From an uncultured Verrucomicrobiae bacterium (GTDB lineage Bacteria > Verrucomicrobiota > Verrucomicrobiia > Chthoniobacterales > UBA10450), in the NCBI GenBank assembly GCA_963772365.1, contig CAVYXA010000001.1, positions 960,001 to 1,024,000 of the forward strand: a stretch of DNA of 64,000 nt. The letters are read 5' to 3'. Below are positions 41,906 to 53,089 of this stretch, piece by piece. Under the pieces are notes generated by a model. The model saw only the letters and a program-made list of their open reading frames with translations. It did not search any database and was not told the origin of the DNA. The translations under genes were made by a program, and so were the position numbers. Each line of letters opens with the position of its first letter. Position 1 is the first letter of the stretch.

Positions 41906-44900
41906 ATGCAGCCGGAAACAAAGAGAGCGGACAAAGCTTCTGAGGTGCTTCGATCTCCCCTGCAGCGATATCGGCAGGCGAAGGCGGTTGCGGCGATTCG
42001 AAAAAGAAAGCAGAACGGCCGGGCGCCGCTTTCCTACAGCCAACGGCAAATCTGGTTGCATTCGCAACTGGCAGGTGACGCCCTGATTTATAACGAACCG
42101 ATCACGATTTATCGGGACGGCGAACTGGACGTTGCCGCATTGGAACGTGCGTTTACCGAAATCGTTCGTCGACATGAAGCGTGGCGAACCACATTTCACT
42201 GGAACGGCGACGAGGGTGTGCAGGTTGTGCACGATGCTCCGGATCGCGTGAAGATTCCGATTGCCGATCTTCGTGGTCATCCAAAAGCGGAAGAGGAAGT
42301 ATTGCGCATCGCAACCGAGGACGCGCACCGACCATTCGATTTAGCAGAAGGTCCGATGTATCGGCTTCGCGTCCTTCAATTGGCGGACGATGAATACCGG
42401 CTTTACATCGCCCTTCACCATATCATTTTTGATGGCGTTTCACTTTATCGCGTGCTGATGCCGGAGTTGCTGGCGCTATATCAAAGTTTTTCGAAAAACG
42501 AATCACCTCAGCTCGACGAATTGCCGATTCAATACGCCGATTACGCCGCCTGGCAGCGCGAATCGATGAAAGAAATTCCGCCAGATCGCCTTTCCTACTG
42601 GGAAAATGCTTTAGCCGATCTGCCAACTGTCGATCTAAAGACAGATCGCCCGCGCCCACCGGTCCAAACCTACGCCGGTGCCATGGAAATGTTTCAGGTC
42701 TCGCATGAAACGAGCGCGGCGCTGAAGGCTTTGGGGCAGGAGCAACATGCTGCACCGTTTGTCGTAATCGGAGCGGCATTCATGACGCTGTTGAATGGTT
42801 GGACAAAACAAGAAGATATCGTCATTGGAGGAATCAGCGGAGGGCGCGAGCGCATCGAAACACTGAATCTGCTGGGCTGTTTCCTCAATACCATCCCGAT
42901 CCGCTGCGCGTTTTCGAAGGAAGATCCTTTTGTCGATCTTCTCTCGCGAACGCGTTCTGCCACGCTGAACGCCCTTTCAAACGAAGTGCCATTCGAACTG
43001 CTGGTGCAAAGATTCGGCCGGGATCGCGATCCAAGCCGCTCACCGCTTTTCCAGATTTTGATCGTCATGGAGCCGCCACTCGAACCGCTTCCCGCCGGGT
43101 GGCGTTTCGCTTACATGGACGTGAAATCCGAGACAACGAAATTCGATCTTCAGCTTGGCTTGGAAGATCGCGACGGCAGATTCGCAGGTAGTTTTATTTA
43201 CAACACAGATTTGTTCGATCGCGAAACAATCGAACCCCTTAAACTGCGCTGGTTAAGGTTGCTCGATCAAATTGCAGCCGCGCCCGCAAAGAGAATCCGG
43301 GAATTAGTCGATACGGTTTGGCAGGAGACAGCGTCGCTTCCTCCGGCGGAATGGAGCGGCACGCGAACGAATTATCCTCGCGATTTAGCTGTCCACCAAG
43401 TATTCGAGCAGCAAGCGCAGCGTACTCCGAATGCTGTCGCTGTGGTTTTTGGCGAATCGCAGTTGAGTTATGCTGAGTTGAATCAGCGGGCGAATCACCT
43501 GGCGCGACGTCTTCAAGCGAGCGGCGTGACGACCGGCGCACCGGTCGGCGTTTGGATGGAGCGATCGCTAGAAATGATTGTCGCGCTATTGGCCGTTCTC
43601 AAAGCTGGTAGCGCCTACGTTCCGCTCGATCCATCCTACCCAGTCGAGCGCCTCAAATTGATGATCGACGACATAGAGACGCCGGTCATTCTCACTCAGC
43701 TAAAGTTCAAAGAGCAGATCGCTGCTCTTAATCAGAAAGCGACGATGATCTGCCTGGACGAAGAAGACTTGTCCATGCAACCAGTACAGATCTTCCACCT
43801 ACGGCCAAGGCGACGGACCTTGCTTACATCATTTACACTTCGGGATCGACTGGGCTGCCAAAGGGAGTTGCCGTGCCTCATCGAGCTATTGTTAGGTTAG
43901 TCAAAGAGACTAATTATGCTTCGTTCTCAAGCGGCGAAACGTTTCTCCAGCTTGCTCCGATTTCATTCGACGCATCTACATTCGAAATCTGGGGGCCTCT
44001 CTTGAATGGAGGCAGACTTGTTGTCATGCCAACCGGATCGTCCTCGCTTCAGGAGATCGGCCGAATCATTGCCGAGCAGCGTGTTACCACATTGTGGCTC
44101 ACCGCCGGCTTGTTCAATGCAATGGTGGACGAGCGCATCGATGATTTGCGTCCGCTACGGCAACTCCTCGCCGGTGGCGACGTTCTTTCCGTCCACCATG
44201 TTCGCAAAGCGATGGCCGCACTGGACAATACGCAGTTGATTAATGGCTACGGCCCGACTGAAAGCACGACTTTCGCCTGTTGCCACATCATTGATCGAAA
44301 CGCGCCCCTTGAGAGTTCGATTCCAATCGGCAAACCGATTGCGAATACTACGGTTTACATTCTCGATGATAATATGAAGCCGGTTCCAATCGGCGTGAGC
44401 GGTGAACTGCACATCGGCGGAGATGGACTGGCACTTGGTTACTGGGGGCGCAAAGATCTGACCGCAGAAAAATTTGTGGTCAATCCCTTCAGCAGCGAAG
44501 ACCGCGCGCCCCTCTACAAAACTGGCGATCTCGCGCGTTGGCGGGCGGATGGCACCATTGAATTTCTTGGCCGCGGAGACAACCAAATCAAATTGCGCGG
44601 ATTTCGCGTCGAGCCTGGCGAAATAGAGGCAGCATTAAAAGAGCAAGATGGCGTCCGCGATTGCGCAGTTTTGCTACGCAAGGAAGCGTCCGGCGACAAG
44701 AAGCTTGTAGCCTATGTCGCAGGCACGACTTCTTCGCAACAGCTGTTCCCTTTGCTGAGAAAATCGCTTCCCGACTACATGATTCCTTCTGCCATTGTGG
44801 TCTTGGCAGTTCTCCCACGTACGGCGAATGGCAAACTTGATCGCGACGCATTGCCAGCTCCAGATTCCGTGGCTAACAAGGATTTTGTCGAACCAAAGAC

Positions 44901-45234
44901 CGCATTGGAGAAGGAGCTTGCGATCATCTGGGCGGGAGTGCTCGGTTTGGACAGCATCGGAACTGCCGATAGCTTTTTCGATCTGGGCGGCCATTCTCTC
45001 GCGGGGCTACGGGCGGCTAATCAGTTATCGGAAAAATTAGGTCAGCGTTTTTCTCCCTCAATTTTTTTTCAAGCACCGACTATCGCTGGCATGGCGGAAT
45101 TGCTGGAAACGAGATTTCCCGGTGCCGTCGCGCGTTGGGTCGGAAAAGTTAAAGAGGATCGGATAACGGGAAGCATGGCACCAGTAACGGCGGTGGATCG
45201 AGGATCACGTCGGGCAAAGAAACCGATTCGCTAG
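41906..45234 (+). CDS. NRPS C-A-T module (Val-type code), frameshift near 43780
   Basis: HHIIFDG; A3 motif YIIYTSGSTGLPKG in the shifted frame; YGPTE and YKTGD; FFDLGGHSL. Confidence 0.9.
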
Positions 45235-45244
45235 GGGCATTTGC

Positions 45245-47806
45245 ATGAATTCACCGCTGCCGAACGCCCCCGCGCTTCAAGATTCCACTTCAGGGGCGAA
45301 GGAGCAGTCCTTAACTAAAGAATCTGTTCTTGAATTTCCGGCGACACTTGCACAACGCCGCTTCTGGTTGCAGCACCAATGGAGTGAGAGCGGTAATCCT
45401 ACTCTCAACCTGACAACTCCCCTTCGCTTACGCGGCTTTCTTAATGCTGACCTGCTCCGGCGCGGCCTGGACCAGCTCATCGCTCGCCATGAAATACTAC
45501 GAACCACCTTCCAGGCGGAGCACGGCGAATTGCTCCAGCTCATTTCTCCGACCCTTCCTATTATCTTGCCATCGATTGAAATCGAAAATCATGCGGCTGA
45601 AAATTATCCCCTTTTTATTGAGAGAATCGCGCGCGAAGAGGCAGAGCAACCTTTCGATACTCGAACCGGTCCGTTGCTGCGCGCCCGTTTGTTTAAGCTG
45701 AACGATCTTGAGCACCTGCTTCTTCTTACAATGCATCGTCTTATTTCCGATGAATCGAGCGCGGAGATAATGGCTCGTGAATTATGCGAGTATTATGCAG
45801 CGCTTTCGGAAGATCGACAGCCATCGCTCCCGGAGTTGGGCATCCAATTTGCCGATTACGCCCATTGGCAGCACGAACGATTGCTTGCCGGTGATTTCGC
45901 CACGCAACAGGAATACTGGAAGACTCAATTAACCGGGGCTGTCCCTGCTCGGCTTCTTCCAGATGATCGATCGCGGTTAGCGGTTGGCCGAGGGCGAAGT
46001 TCAAGCCTCGCGAGGGTCCTGCCTTCTCATCAAGTGGATGCGCTTAAGATGCTCGGTTCACGACACGGAACGGCACCCTTGGTCGTTTTCCTCGCGCTGT
46101 TTGACGTGCTGCTTCATCGATACACTGGTCAATGCGATTTTTTCGTAACGGTTTCGACCCCTAACCGTGAGCGCGAAGATTTCGATTCGATTGTCGGCCC
46201 GCTGGCCAATCCGCTGCTTCTGCGAATCAATTTAAACGGTCGCCCGAATTTTCTGGATGTGCTGCATCGATTGGGTCGCGTCACGCTCGATGCCTTTGCC
46301 AATCAGGAAACACCCTTTGGACTGCTTCTGGATGATTTTCAGGCCTCTCAATTACAAGTCGCTTTCGCATATCAAGCGGCTTCGATGGAAAACCCATTAC
46401 GGATTCCGGACGGGCTAACGATCGAGACGCTGATGTGCGTGAGCGGCGGTCTGGTGCACGATCTAAGCGCGGCAGTCATTGACGGGAAAAATGAGACGCG
46501 CCTGCAAATCGACTATGATCCGGAACGCTTCGACAATGAAACGGTGGAGCGAATGCTTCAAGACTACGCGGATTTGCTGCGAGAGGTAACTCTTGGTCCG
46601 ACACAATCAATTGCTGTATCACCCTCTTCTACATTATTGACCCGGGTTCGAGATCGCTCCCCGAATTCCTTAGAGAAGCGTGCGGCAGCGACCCCAAGGG
46701 TCCGCCCGTATCTGGGTCTGCATCTTCAGCTGATCGATATTTGGGAAGACATTCTCGATGTCCGTGGGATCGGCATCAATGACGATTTCTTCGGACTTGG
46801 CGGCAACTCCCTCCTGGCTTTACGGATGCTGCTTCGGACCGAGCGCATTTGTGGCAAACGAATTCTTCCCGGGTCCTTCGCCAAGAGTTCGACTATCGAA
46901 TTCCTGGCTAACGAGATGGCACGGGAAGCAATCGACGACGCACCCAGCCTTACCGCAGTGCATACGGAAGGAGATCGGACGCCGTTCTTCTATCTTCATG
47001 GCGATCTATTCGGTGGAGGTTTTTACACCCGAAAACTCTCGCAGTCCCTCGGGCTAGATCAGCCGGTTTACGTCCTGCCTCCGCATAATCTCCGTGGATT
47101 ACGCGAAGTTCCGACTGTTGAAGAAATGGCGGCCGCCCATCTGCAGGCATTGCGCTCCGAGCGACCGCATGGGCCGTACATAATAGGCGGATTTTGCCAG
47201 GGCGGTATCGCAGCCTATGAACTGGCACAGCAAATCGTATCAAGCGGCGATACGGTCGAACTTCTTCTTCTCATCGATGTTGGACCGGAAGACAGATTGT
47301 TGGTTGTTCTCCGTCGAATCTGCAGCGCTCTGGCGAAATTGTTTCACTGGGACAGCTTTTCGCAGATAGATCATTTCTCGAAGTGGGTGCTCGTCCGCAC
47401 CAAATTTACCGCCTGGCGTAAATTAAGTACTCGCCGAAAGCTGCAGCTCCTCCTCGGTCAGGTTCGAAAGAAACTCTTTTCGATCTGCAATCTTTTCCGA
47501 TCTGCAAAGAAAGATCATGCTACTTCCTCGGCGCGATCTCCCCAATTCGATGTGCCAGCGTCGTTTCTTTGGGCTTCGGCTGGCTATTCGCCCAAGCTCT
47601 ATTCTGGACCGGTGGCTATTCTTCTTTCTGAAGATCTGCTGGATCACGGTGGCCGCCTCGCTCGACAGTGGCAGCCGCTGGCGCCAAAAGTCATGCTCCA
47701 TTCACTAAAGGGCAGTCATCTGGAATGCATCACCGCACACGTCGACGATCTGGCGGCGACGATAGACAAATGTCTGCGCGATTCTTCGCGAGTTGTTTCC
47801 AAATAA
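45245..47806 (+). CDS. NRPS C-T-TE termination module without an A domain
   Basis: C domain with HRLISDE, T domain FFGLGGNSL and TE with GPYIIGGFCQGG. Confidence 0.88.
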   Translation: MNSPLPNAPALQDSTSGAKEQSLTKESVLEFPATLAQRRFWLQHQWSESGNPTLNLTTPLRLRGFLNADLLRRGLDQLIARHEILRTTFQAEHGELLQLISPTLPIILPSIEIENHAAENYPLFIERIAREEAEQPFDTRTGPLLRARLFKLNDLEHLLLLTMHRLISDESSAEIMARELCEYYAALSEDRQPSLPELGIQFADYAHWQHERLLAGDFATQQEYWKTQLTGAVPARLLPDDRSRLAVGRGRSSSLARVLPSHQVDALKMLGSRHGTAPLVVFLALFDVLLHRYTGQCDFFVTVSTPNREREDFDSIVGPLANPLLLRINLNGRPNFLDVLHRLGRVTLDAFANQETPFGLLLDDFQASQLQVAFAYQAASMENPLRIPDGLTIETLMCVSGGLVHDLSAAVIDGKNETRLQIDYDPERFDNETVERMLQDYADLLREVTLGPTQSIAVSPSSTLLTRVRDRSPNSLEKRAAATPRVRPYLGLHLQLIDIWEDILDVRGIGINDDFFGLGGNSLLALRMLLRTERICGKRILPGSFAKSSTIEFLANEMAREAIDDAPSLTAVHTEGDRTPFFYLHGDLFGGGFYTRKLSQSLGLDQPVYVLPPHNLRGLREVPTVEEMAAAHLQALRSERPHGPYIIGGFCQGGIAAYELAQQIVSSGDTVELLLLIDVGPEDRLLVVLRRICSALAKLFHWDSFSQIDHFSKWVLVRTKFTAWRKLSTRRKLQLLLGQVRKKLFSICNLFRSAKKDHATSSARSPQFDVPASFLWASAGYSPKLYSGPVAILLSEDLLDHGGRLARQWQPLAPKVMLHSLKGSHLECITAHVDDLAATIDKCLRDSSRVVSK

Positions 47807-47811
47807 ACACC

Positions 47812-48540
47812 ATGTCTGCTGCTATTTCAGGGCAAGCTTGCGCAGAGGGAGTTCGGCGCCACTTGCACGGTGTCGATTCACCGGAGCCTGACGTCCAAAT
47901 CTGGATCGCACATTTAGATTCGCTTGACGCAAGCGACATCGAAAAAATGAGCGTTTCGCTCGATCTGGCTGAATCAAGGCGCGCCGCCGAATTTCGATTT
48001 GCGCAGGATCGACAACGCTACTGTGCAGCCCATGGTCTGCTTCGACATGTACTTGGGGGGATGCTCGGCCAGGAACCGCGCGACATTGTTTTTCAGCATG
48101 AGACTCACGGCAAACCCAAGATTGTTCAACAAACGAAGGATACGCGGAAGCTGCATTTCAATATCTCACATTCAAAGGAATGGGCGCTCTTTGCCGTTTC
48201 ATGGGAACGCGAAGTGGGAATTGATTTGGAAGCCGAAGGGCTATTGCCCGGACACAGCGAGCTGATCGATCTTGCATTGCGCGTCTTTTCACGACCTGAA
48301 TTCGAGAAATGGCAATCTTTGATAAATGAAGAAGCCCGCCGAACCGCGATTCTGCGTGCGTGGGTTCGCAAAGAAGCGTGCATTAAGGCAAGCGGCGAGG
48401 GTCTTCATCTCGAGCTATCGCAAATTGAATTATCCGCTGGTCCCAGGCGATCTCACCTGGGTTCCATCCAAAAAAAGCAGCGGTGGACTGTGCATGATCT
48501 AATTGTTCCCGCGGCTCTGGCGGCTGCGATTGCGGTTTAG
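47812..48540 (+). CDS. Sfp-type 4'-phosphopantetheinyl transferase
   Basis: HGKP, FNISHS, VGIDLE and [15 protein letters not shown]. Confidence 0.92.
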   Translation: MSAAISGQACAEGVRRHLHGVDSPEPDVQIWIAHLDSLDASDIEKMSVSLDLAESRRAAEFRFAQDRQRYCAAHGLLRHVLGGMLGQEPRDIVFQHETHGKPKIVQQTKDTRKLHFNISHSKEWALFAVSWEREVGIDLEAEGLLPGHSELIDLALRVFSRPEFEKWQSLINEEARRTAILRAWVRKEACIKASGEGLHLELSQIELSAGPRRSHLGSIQKKQRWTVHDLIVPAALAAAIAV

Positions 48541-48565
48541 CACGAGCGGCAGAGCCGCAAAGACA

Positions 48566-48647
48566 TGCTCGCGAGAGGACTCGAACCTCCACGGGTTTCC
48601 CCATACGGTCCTGAGCCGTACGCGTCTGCCAGTTCCGCCACGCGAGC
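48566..48647 (-). tRNA. tRNA-Leu (CAG)
   Basis: Reverse strand reads GCTCGCGTGGCGGAACTGGCAGACGCG TACGG CTCAGGA CCGTA ... GGTTCGAGTCC TCTCGCGAGCA; long variable arm; CCA not encoded. Confidence 0.95.
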
Positions 48648-48736
48648 GAGGAGATTTGATCTATGATGTTTGATCTTTATTTTGTCAAAAAAGCCATCTT
48701 CTAGGCGCTGAATACCTGTCGATCTTGCAGCAGTAC

Positions 48737-49615
48737 TTAGCCACGTCTGCGTTTTCGGGCGCGCGATTCGATTTGCTGCGCTTTGCGAACCTTGCCGAGC
48801 GAGCGCAGCAAGTCGGCATAATTTGAGGCGACGATCTCGTAATCTTCCGGCAGCGGCTCGATTGTCCCCTCCCAGGTTTCGAGAGAGGCGCGATACAGGT
48901 CGGCAGCTTTCGCGTAATCGCCACGCGAGTGATACACGACTGCCAGATTAGATTTCGATTGGGCAATATCGCCGTGACCTGGTGGCAGCGCCTTCTCGCG
49001 AATGGCCAGCGCGCGCACATGAATCTTTTCCGCTTCAGCGTAACGACGCTCGTTTGTGTAAAACACCGCCAGGTTGTTGAGCACCGACGCTACATCGGGA
49101 TGGTTCGGGCCGAGTTGTTTTTCATAAATGTCCAAAGCGTGAAGATAATATGGCTCGGCGGCCTTTTGTCGGCCCGACTTACGAAAGATAAGCGCGACAT
49201 TATTCAACATTGTGCCCAGATCGGAATAGGGCAGCTCCTCCAGTTTGGTTCCGGCAGTAATCGCCTTTTCGTAGAAACGGATTGCCTCTTCGGGCTGGCC
49301 GAGATTATCGCACAAGAAAGCCAGCCGGCGTGCCGAGCGAAAGATTGCGCGTTGATCGGGCGGATTGGCTTTTTCGAATATGGAATGCGCCTTCAGCAGG
49401 TGCACCTTTGCCGTCGTGCGATCGCCTTTTTGATCGAGCAACTGCCCCAGTTTTTCATAGCTCAAAGCAAGTGAATTTTCCTCCTCGCCGAAGGTGCGCT
49501 TGGCCAGGTCGAGAGTGGTTTCGGCCACGCGAATGGCCTCAGGAATACGATTGCTGGCCCGCAGAGTGTCGAGTTTATCGTTAAGAATCGACCAAAGCTT
49601 TTCTTCGCCCTTCAT
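48737..49615 (-). CDS. Tetratricopeptide-repeat protein
   Basis: Repeated LNNLA...YAEAE / LGPNHPDVA units. Confidence 0.9.
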   Translation of the reverse strand: MKGEEKLWSILNDKLDTLRASNRIPEAIRVAETTLDLAKRTFGEEENSLALSYEKLGQLLDQKGDRTTAKVHLLKAHSIFEKANPPDQRAIFRSARRLAFLCDNLGQPEEAIRFYEKAITAGTKLEELPYSDLGTMLNNVALIFRKSGRQKAAEPYYLHALDIYEKQLGPNHPDVASVLNNLAVFYTNERRYAEAEKIHVRALAIREKALPPGHGDIAQSKSNLAVVYHSRGDYAKAADLYRASLETWEGTIEPLPEDYEIVASNYADLLRSLGKVRKAQQIESRARKRRRG

Positions 49616-49622
49616 CGAACAT

Positions 49623-50132
49623 TTACCAGCCCTCGCTTAACTGACTGACCAACTGGGTAGCAAGATCTTCCGTGGCCAGAGGCAGGGCCTGTCGCTCGTC
49701 GGTCACGACATCTCCGCCTACAAAGAAGCTGGTTCTTCCTGCGGCAGTGGAGCTCGGCACAAGCTGCGACCCGTCGCGTCCTTCTACATGATATTTCACT
49801 CGCAGGGTGAGGTTGAATTCAGTCGTGGCGAGCACATTCCCTCGCACCGAGCGCGCCGGTGTCCGGGTAACATCGACAATGTCTGCCACTAAAGTAGCAT
49901 CGCCGTTTCCATCGCTGGCCACCTCAAAAGTTCCATCCTGTTGCAATTGCTTGATCACCGTATCGGTGACCAAAACCTCAATCCGCGGCAACAGCGTGCG
50001 ATTCTTGAAAGTAGGAACAGCGATGCTGTGGACATCGCGCAGGTAATAAGGTTTAACCGGCCCGACATGATATCCAAGGCAGCCGGTGAGGCAGCAGCAG
50101 GCAATTGCCGTCGCCAGAAAAGGTGTTCTCAC
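49623..50132 (-). CDS. lptE: LPS assembly lipoprotein LptE
   Basis: Lipobox LTGC and IAVPTFKNRT; follows bamD. Confidence 0.75.
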   Translation of the reverse strand: MRTPFLATAIACCCLTGCLGYHVGPVKPYYLRDVHSIAVPTFKNRTLLPRIEVLVTDTVIKQLQQDGTFEVASDGNGDATLVADIVDVTRTPARSVRGNVLATTEFNLTLRVKYHVEGRDGSQLVPSSTAAGRTSFFVGGDVVTDERQALPLATEDLATQLVSQLSEGW

Positions 50133-51442
50133 GGCGTCGGTGATGCAGACGGCGCCGGCGTGGGAGATTCCATCTCGCTGGAGCTACGATCCGAAGAAAG
50201 CGAAGAGGGCGGCAAAGCAAGATCCGTTGCAGGCGCGGGAGCAGATTCGCCTGCAGATGGTTCAGGAGTAGAAGGGGCCGGCAGCATCGGCTCCGGCGTT
50301 GAAGAAACCGGTGTAGCGGTTTCCTGCGGCAATGGAGTTGGTTCAGCTGCGGTCGCGGCAGATTCCTCTTCCGGCGTTGCTGGTTTCGGGGTTGGTTCTG
50401 ATGATACGACGCCATGTTGGCTTTCAGCCCCCTTCTTCTTCTCCTCCGCTGAGGTCGCAACCAACGGCTGCAATGCAGCATCGCCGAATTTTTTGCGAAG
50501 CTGATCAATCCGTTTTTGGGCCTGCTCGCTCTCGGCCGAGCCGGGTTGCTGCCGGATCACCTCATTATAATAGATCGCCGCTGCGCGATAATTTCGCTGC
50601 TTGTCGTAGAACCTGGCGATCTTGAGGGAACTGGTCGTTTGTTTGTTTTCGAGCCGCTTCAGGTAAAGGCGGGCTTGGGCAGCTTTTTCATTGTCGGGAT
50701 AACGGAACAAAAAATCCTGAAAAGCAGTTTTGGCTTTAGTCGTCGCATCGATATCTTTTGTTCCAGACTTTGCGGCGCTGTACCAGAGGTACCCGATCTG
50801 ATATTGGGCCGCTGCTGCCACGGGCTGGTCGGGAAATTTGTCCACCACTGCGCGGTAAGCGTCGATGGCGGGATCGCTGAGATGTTGCTTTTCACGCGCC
50901 AAGCCGATGTCGAACTGCGCGCGAGCGGTATATTTTCCGTAGGGGGCGGTGCGAATGATCGCGGCAAAGATCTCGATGGCGTGATCGAGCCCCGAGCCGA
51001 GCGGCATTCCAAGGACCTTCACCTTCTTGCCACTGAGGTAAAGCTCGCCGATGCGAAATTGCGCCTCTATAGCTTCATCGAAGTGCGGACTAGTGGGATA
51101 TCGTTCCACCAACGAGCGATACAAGTCGGCTGCCGGAATAAATTTGCGCTGCTTTTCCTCTAATTCCGCGGCATGATACAAAGCCCATGGGGCGAGCACG
51201 TCCTTGGGATGATGTCGCACGAGCGCTTTGTAGGCGCTGATCGCCCGACCCAGATTATCTCTATCTTCGGCGTTCTGGCCTTTTTGAAACAATTCTTTTG
51301 CGTCGTGACTCGATTGCTGCGCCCCGGGCGGAACAAACTTGGCTCCTTCGCCCGGTTTGAAAACCACGGGCGCCTTCATCAGGGCGGGAAAGCTCAGCAC
51401 AGCAACGAGGAACAAAATGACAGTGCGGACTCTCAAATGCAT
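50129..51442 (-). CDS. bamD: Outer-membrane protein assembly factor BamD-like protein with a P/S/T-rich tail
   Basis: TPR repeats; FQDFLFRYP and IARFYDKQRNYRAAAIYY. Confidence 0.78.
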   Translation of the reverse strand: MHLRVRTVILFLVAVLSFPALMKAPVVFKPGEGAKFVPPGAQQSSHDAKELFQKGQNAEDRDNLGRAISAYKALVRHHPKDVLAPWALYHAAELEEKQRKFIPAADLYRSLVERYPTSPHFDEAIEAQFRIGELYLSGKKVKVLGMPLGSGLDHAIEIFAAIIRTAPYGKYTARAQFDIGLAREKQHLSDPAIDAYRAVVDKFPDQPVAAAAQYQIGYLWYSAAKSGTKDIDATTKAKTAFQDFLFRYPDNEKAAQARLYLKRLENKQTTSSLKIARFYDKQRNYRAAAIYYNEVIRQQPGSAESEQAQKRIDQLRKKFGDAALQPLVATSAEEKKKGAESQHGVVSSEPTPKPATPEEESAATAAEPTPLPQETATPVSSTPEPMLPAPSTPEPSAGESAPAPATDLALPPSSLSSDRSSSEMESPTPAPSASPTP

Positions 51443-51571
51443 GGGGTCTGGCAGGGTAAATTAGTTCTCGATTCCGTCAAGGAACCCATTGGTCTCAGTC
51501 TGTCCCAATTCTAGAATTTTGGCCCTCGCTACAGAGGAGACAAATGAGGCAAATGCAACGTAGATTGGCCC

Positions 51572-52447
51572 GTGAACCTGATTGACCAGCAAAAGGTAAA
51601 AATCGGCACATGCGCTTGGAGCTTTAATGAATGGCGGGGCGCGTTTTATCCGCCGGAATTGCCCGAATCTCACTGGCTCGAATTTTATTCACGATATCTA
51701 TCCTGCGTCGAAATCGATTCCACCTTTTACGGCGCTCCCACGGAAGAAACGCTTCGCCGATGGGTCGAGGCGACACCGGCGGCATTTCGTTTTTCCTGCA
51801 AACTGCCACGCGAGATCACCCATGCGCGTCGTCTGCGTGATTGCACTGATGAGTTGAACTCATTCCTCGCGGCCATCGAGCCGCTCGCTCCGAAGTTGCG
51901 AGTCATCCTGATCCAACTGCCTCCCTCTTTCGCGCCAAAAGACGGCCGCCGAGTTCTTCGCAACTTTCTGGTTCAACTGCCGCAATCGTTTCGGTTCGCC
52001 ATCGAGTTTCGTCATCCCGGCTGGCACCGGCCGCAGATCATCAGCCTTCTCGAAAAACATCGTGTCTGCTGGGTTTGGGCGGATACCACTCCTCTCAATG
52101 AACGCAACCTGGCCCCGTTCGAGTTTCTCCCGCGCACAACCGATTTTTTGTACCTGCGGCTACTCGGCGATTACGCCACCAAATACAGCGCGGATGGAAA
52201 ACATCTTCACCGATACGAAAAGCTTCTTTGGAAACGAGAGGCAGCGCTCGAGAGTTGGTCGCTCAAGATCGACAGGCACCTGGGCGAAGTCCGCAATATC
52301 TCCGTTTTCGCTGGTAATCACTTCGAAGGTTTCGCGCCCGAGACATGTCAGCGTCTCGCTCACCGTCTCGGGTTCGACCTATCGCTGCCCTCAGAAACCG
52401 AGAAAATTTTCTCTGAGCAAAACCGCGCGCAACTCGATCTCTTTTAA
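51572..52447 (+). CDS. DUF72 family protein
   Basis: IGTCAWS, VEIDSTFY, LIQLPPSF and AIEFRH. Confidence 0.9.
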   Translation: MNLIDQQKVKIGTCAWSFNEWRGAFYPPELPESHWLEFYSRYLSCVEIDSTFYGAPTEETLRRWVEATPAAFRFSCKLPREITHARRLRDCTDELNSFLAAIEPLAPKLRVILIQLPPSFAPKDGRRVLRNFLVQLPQSFRFAIEFRHPGWHRPQIISLLEKHRVCWVWADTTPLNERNLAPFEFLPRTTDFLYLRLLGDYATKYSADGKHLHRYEKLLWKREAALESWSLKIDRHLGEVRNISVFAGNHFEGFAPETCQRLAHRLGFDLSLPSETEKIFSEQNRAQLDLF

Positions 52448-52468
52448 TGACGAAGCCCGAATGACGAG

Positions 52469-52890
52469 TCAGCTGCGACGCCTATGGCAAGCCAGTACCG
52501 AGATTCGACTAATAATGGACACGTCGGTGGCATTGATCATGTTGTTGGCATTCACATCCTCGCGGAAATTTGTCGCATCAATCAGCTGACCCGCCCGCGA
52601 TCTGGCAAGTGCAACGTCAGTCGCGTTTACCACGCCATTGTCGCTCACGTCACCAGCTAGCACCCGCATTGAAATAACTACATTGCCGATACCACCACTG
52701 GCCCCGTTGAGCGTGACGTTCATCGTCTGCGCGTTGGCGACGTTGGTCAGCGGAACAGTCACGACATTTCCACTGATGGTGACTGTACAATTGGGGTCGC
52801 AAGTTCCTGCGCTACCGACGCAGCCTTCGCCCGTGGTAACTTGCGCCTGTGGATTACCGATAACGGTAATGTTGCCAGAGAAAGCAATTA
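52469..52890 (-). pseudogene. C-terminal remnant of a dockerin-bearing surface protein
   Basis: GDVSDNGVVNATDV...DVNANNMINATDV duplicated Ca-binding repeats; no N-terminus. Confidence 0.7.
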
Positions 52891-53089
52891 TCCCTCCGTC
52901 GTGGTGGGAGATTTCAATGGAGATGGAAAGCAGGACGTCGCTGTCGCCACAGACGCAACAATTAGGATCGACATTCCATGGTTCGCCATCTTGAGAGCAA
53001 GCCTTGTCATGCCGCTATCCTGTCGTTTCACCCCGGCAAACTTGGCGCCGATAATCCAGAAAACTCTTCGGCGAATAGTAACGTCGGCG

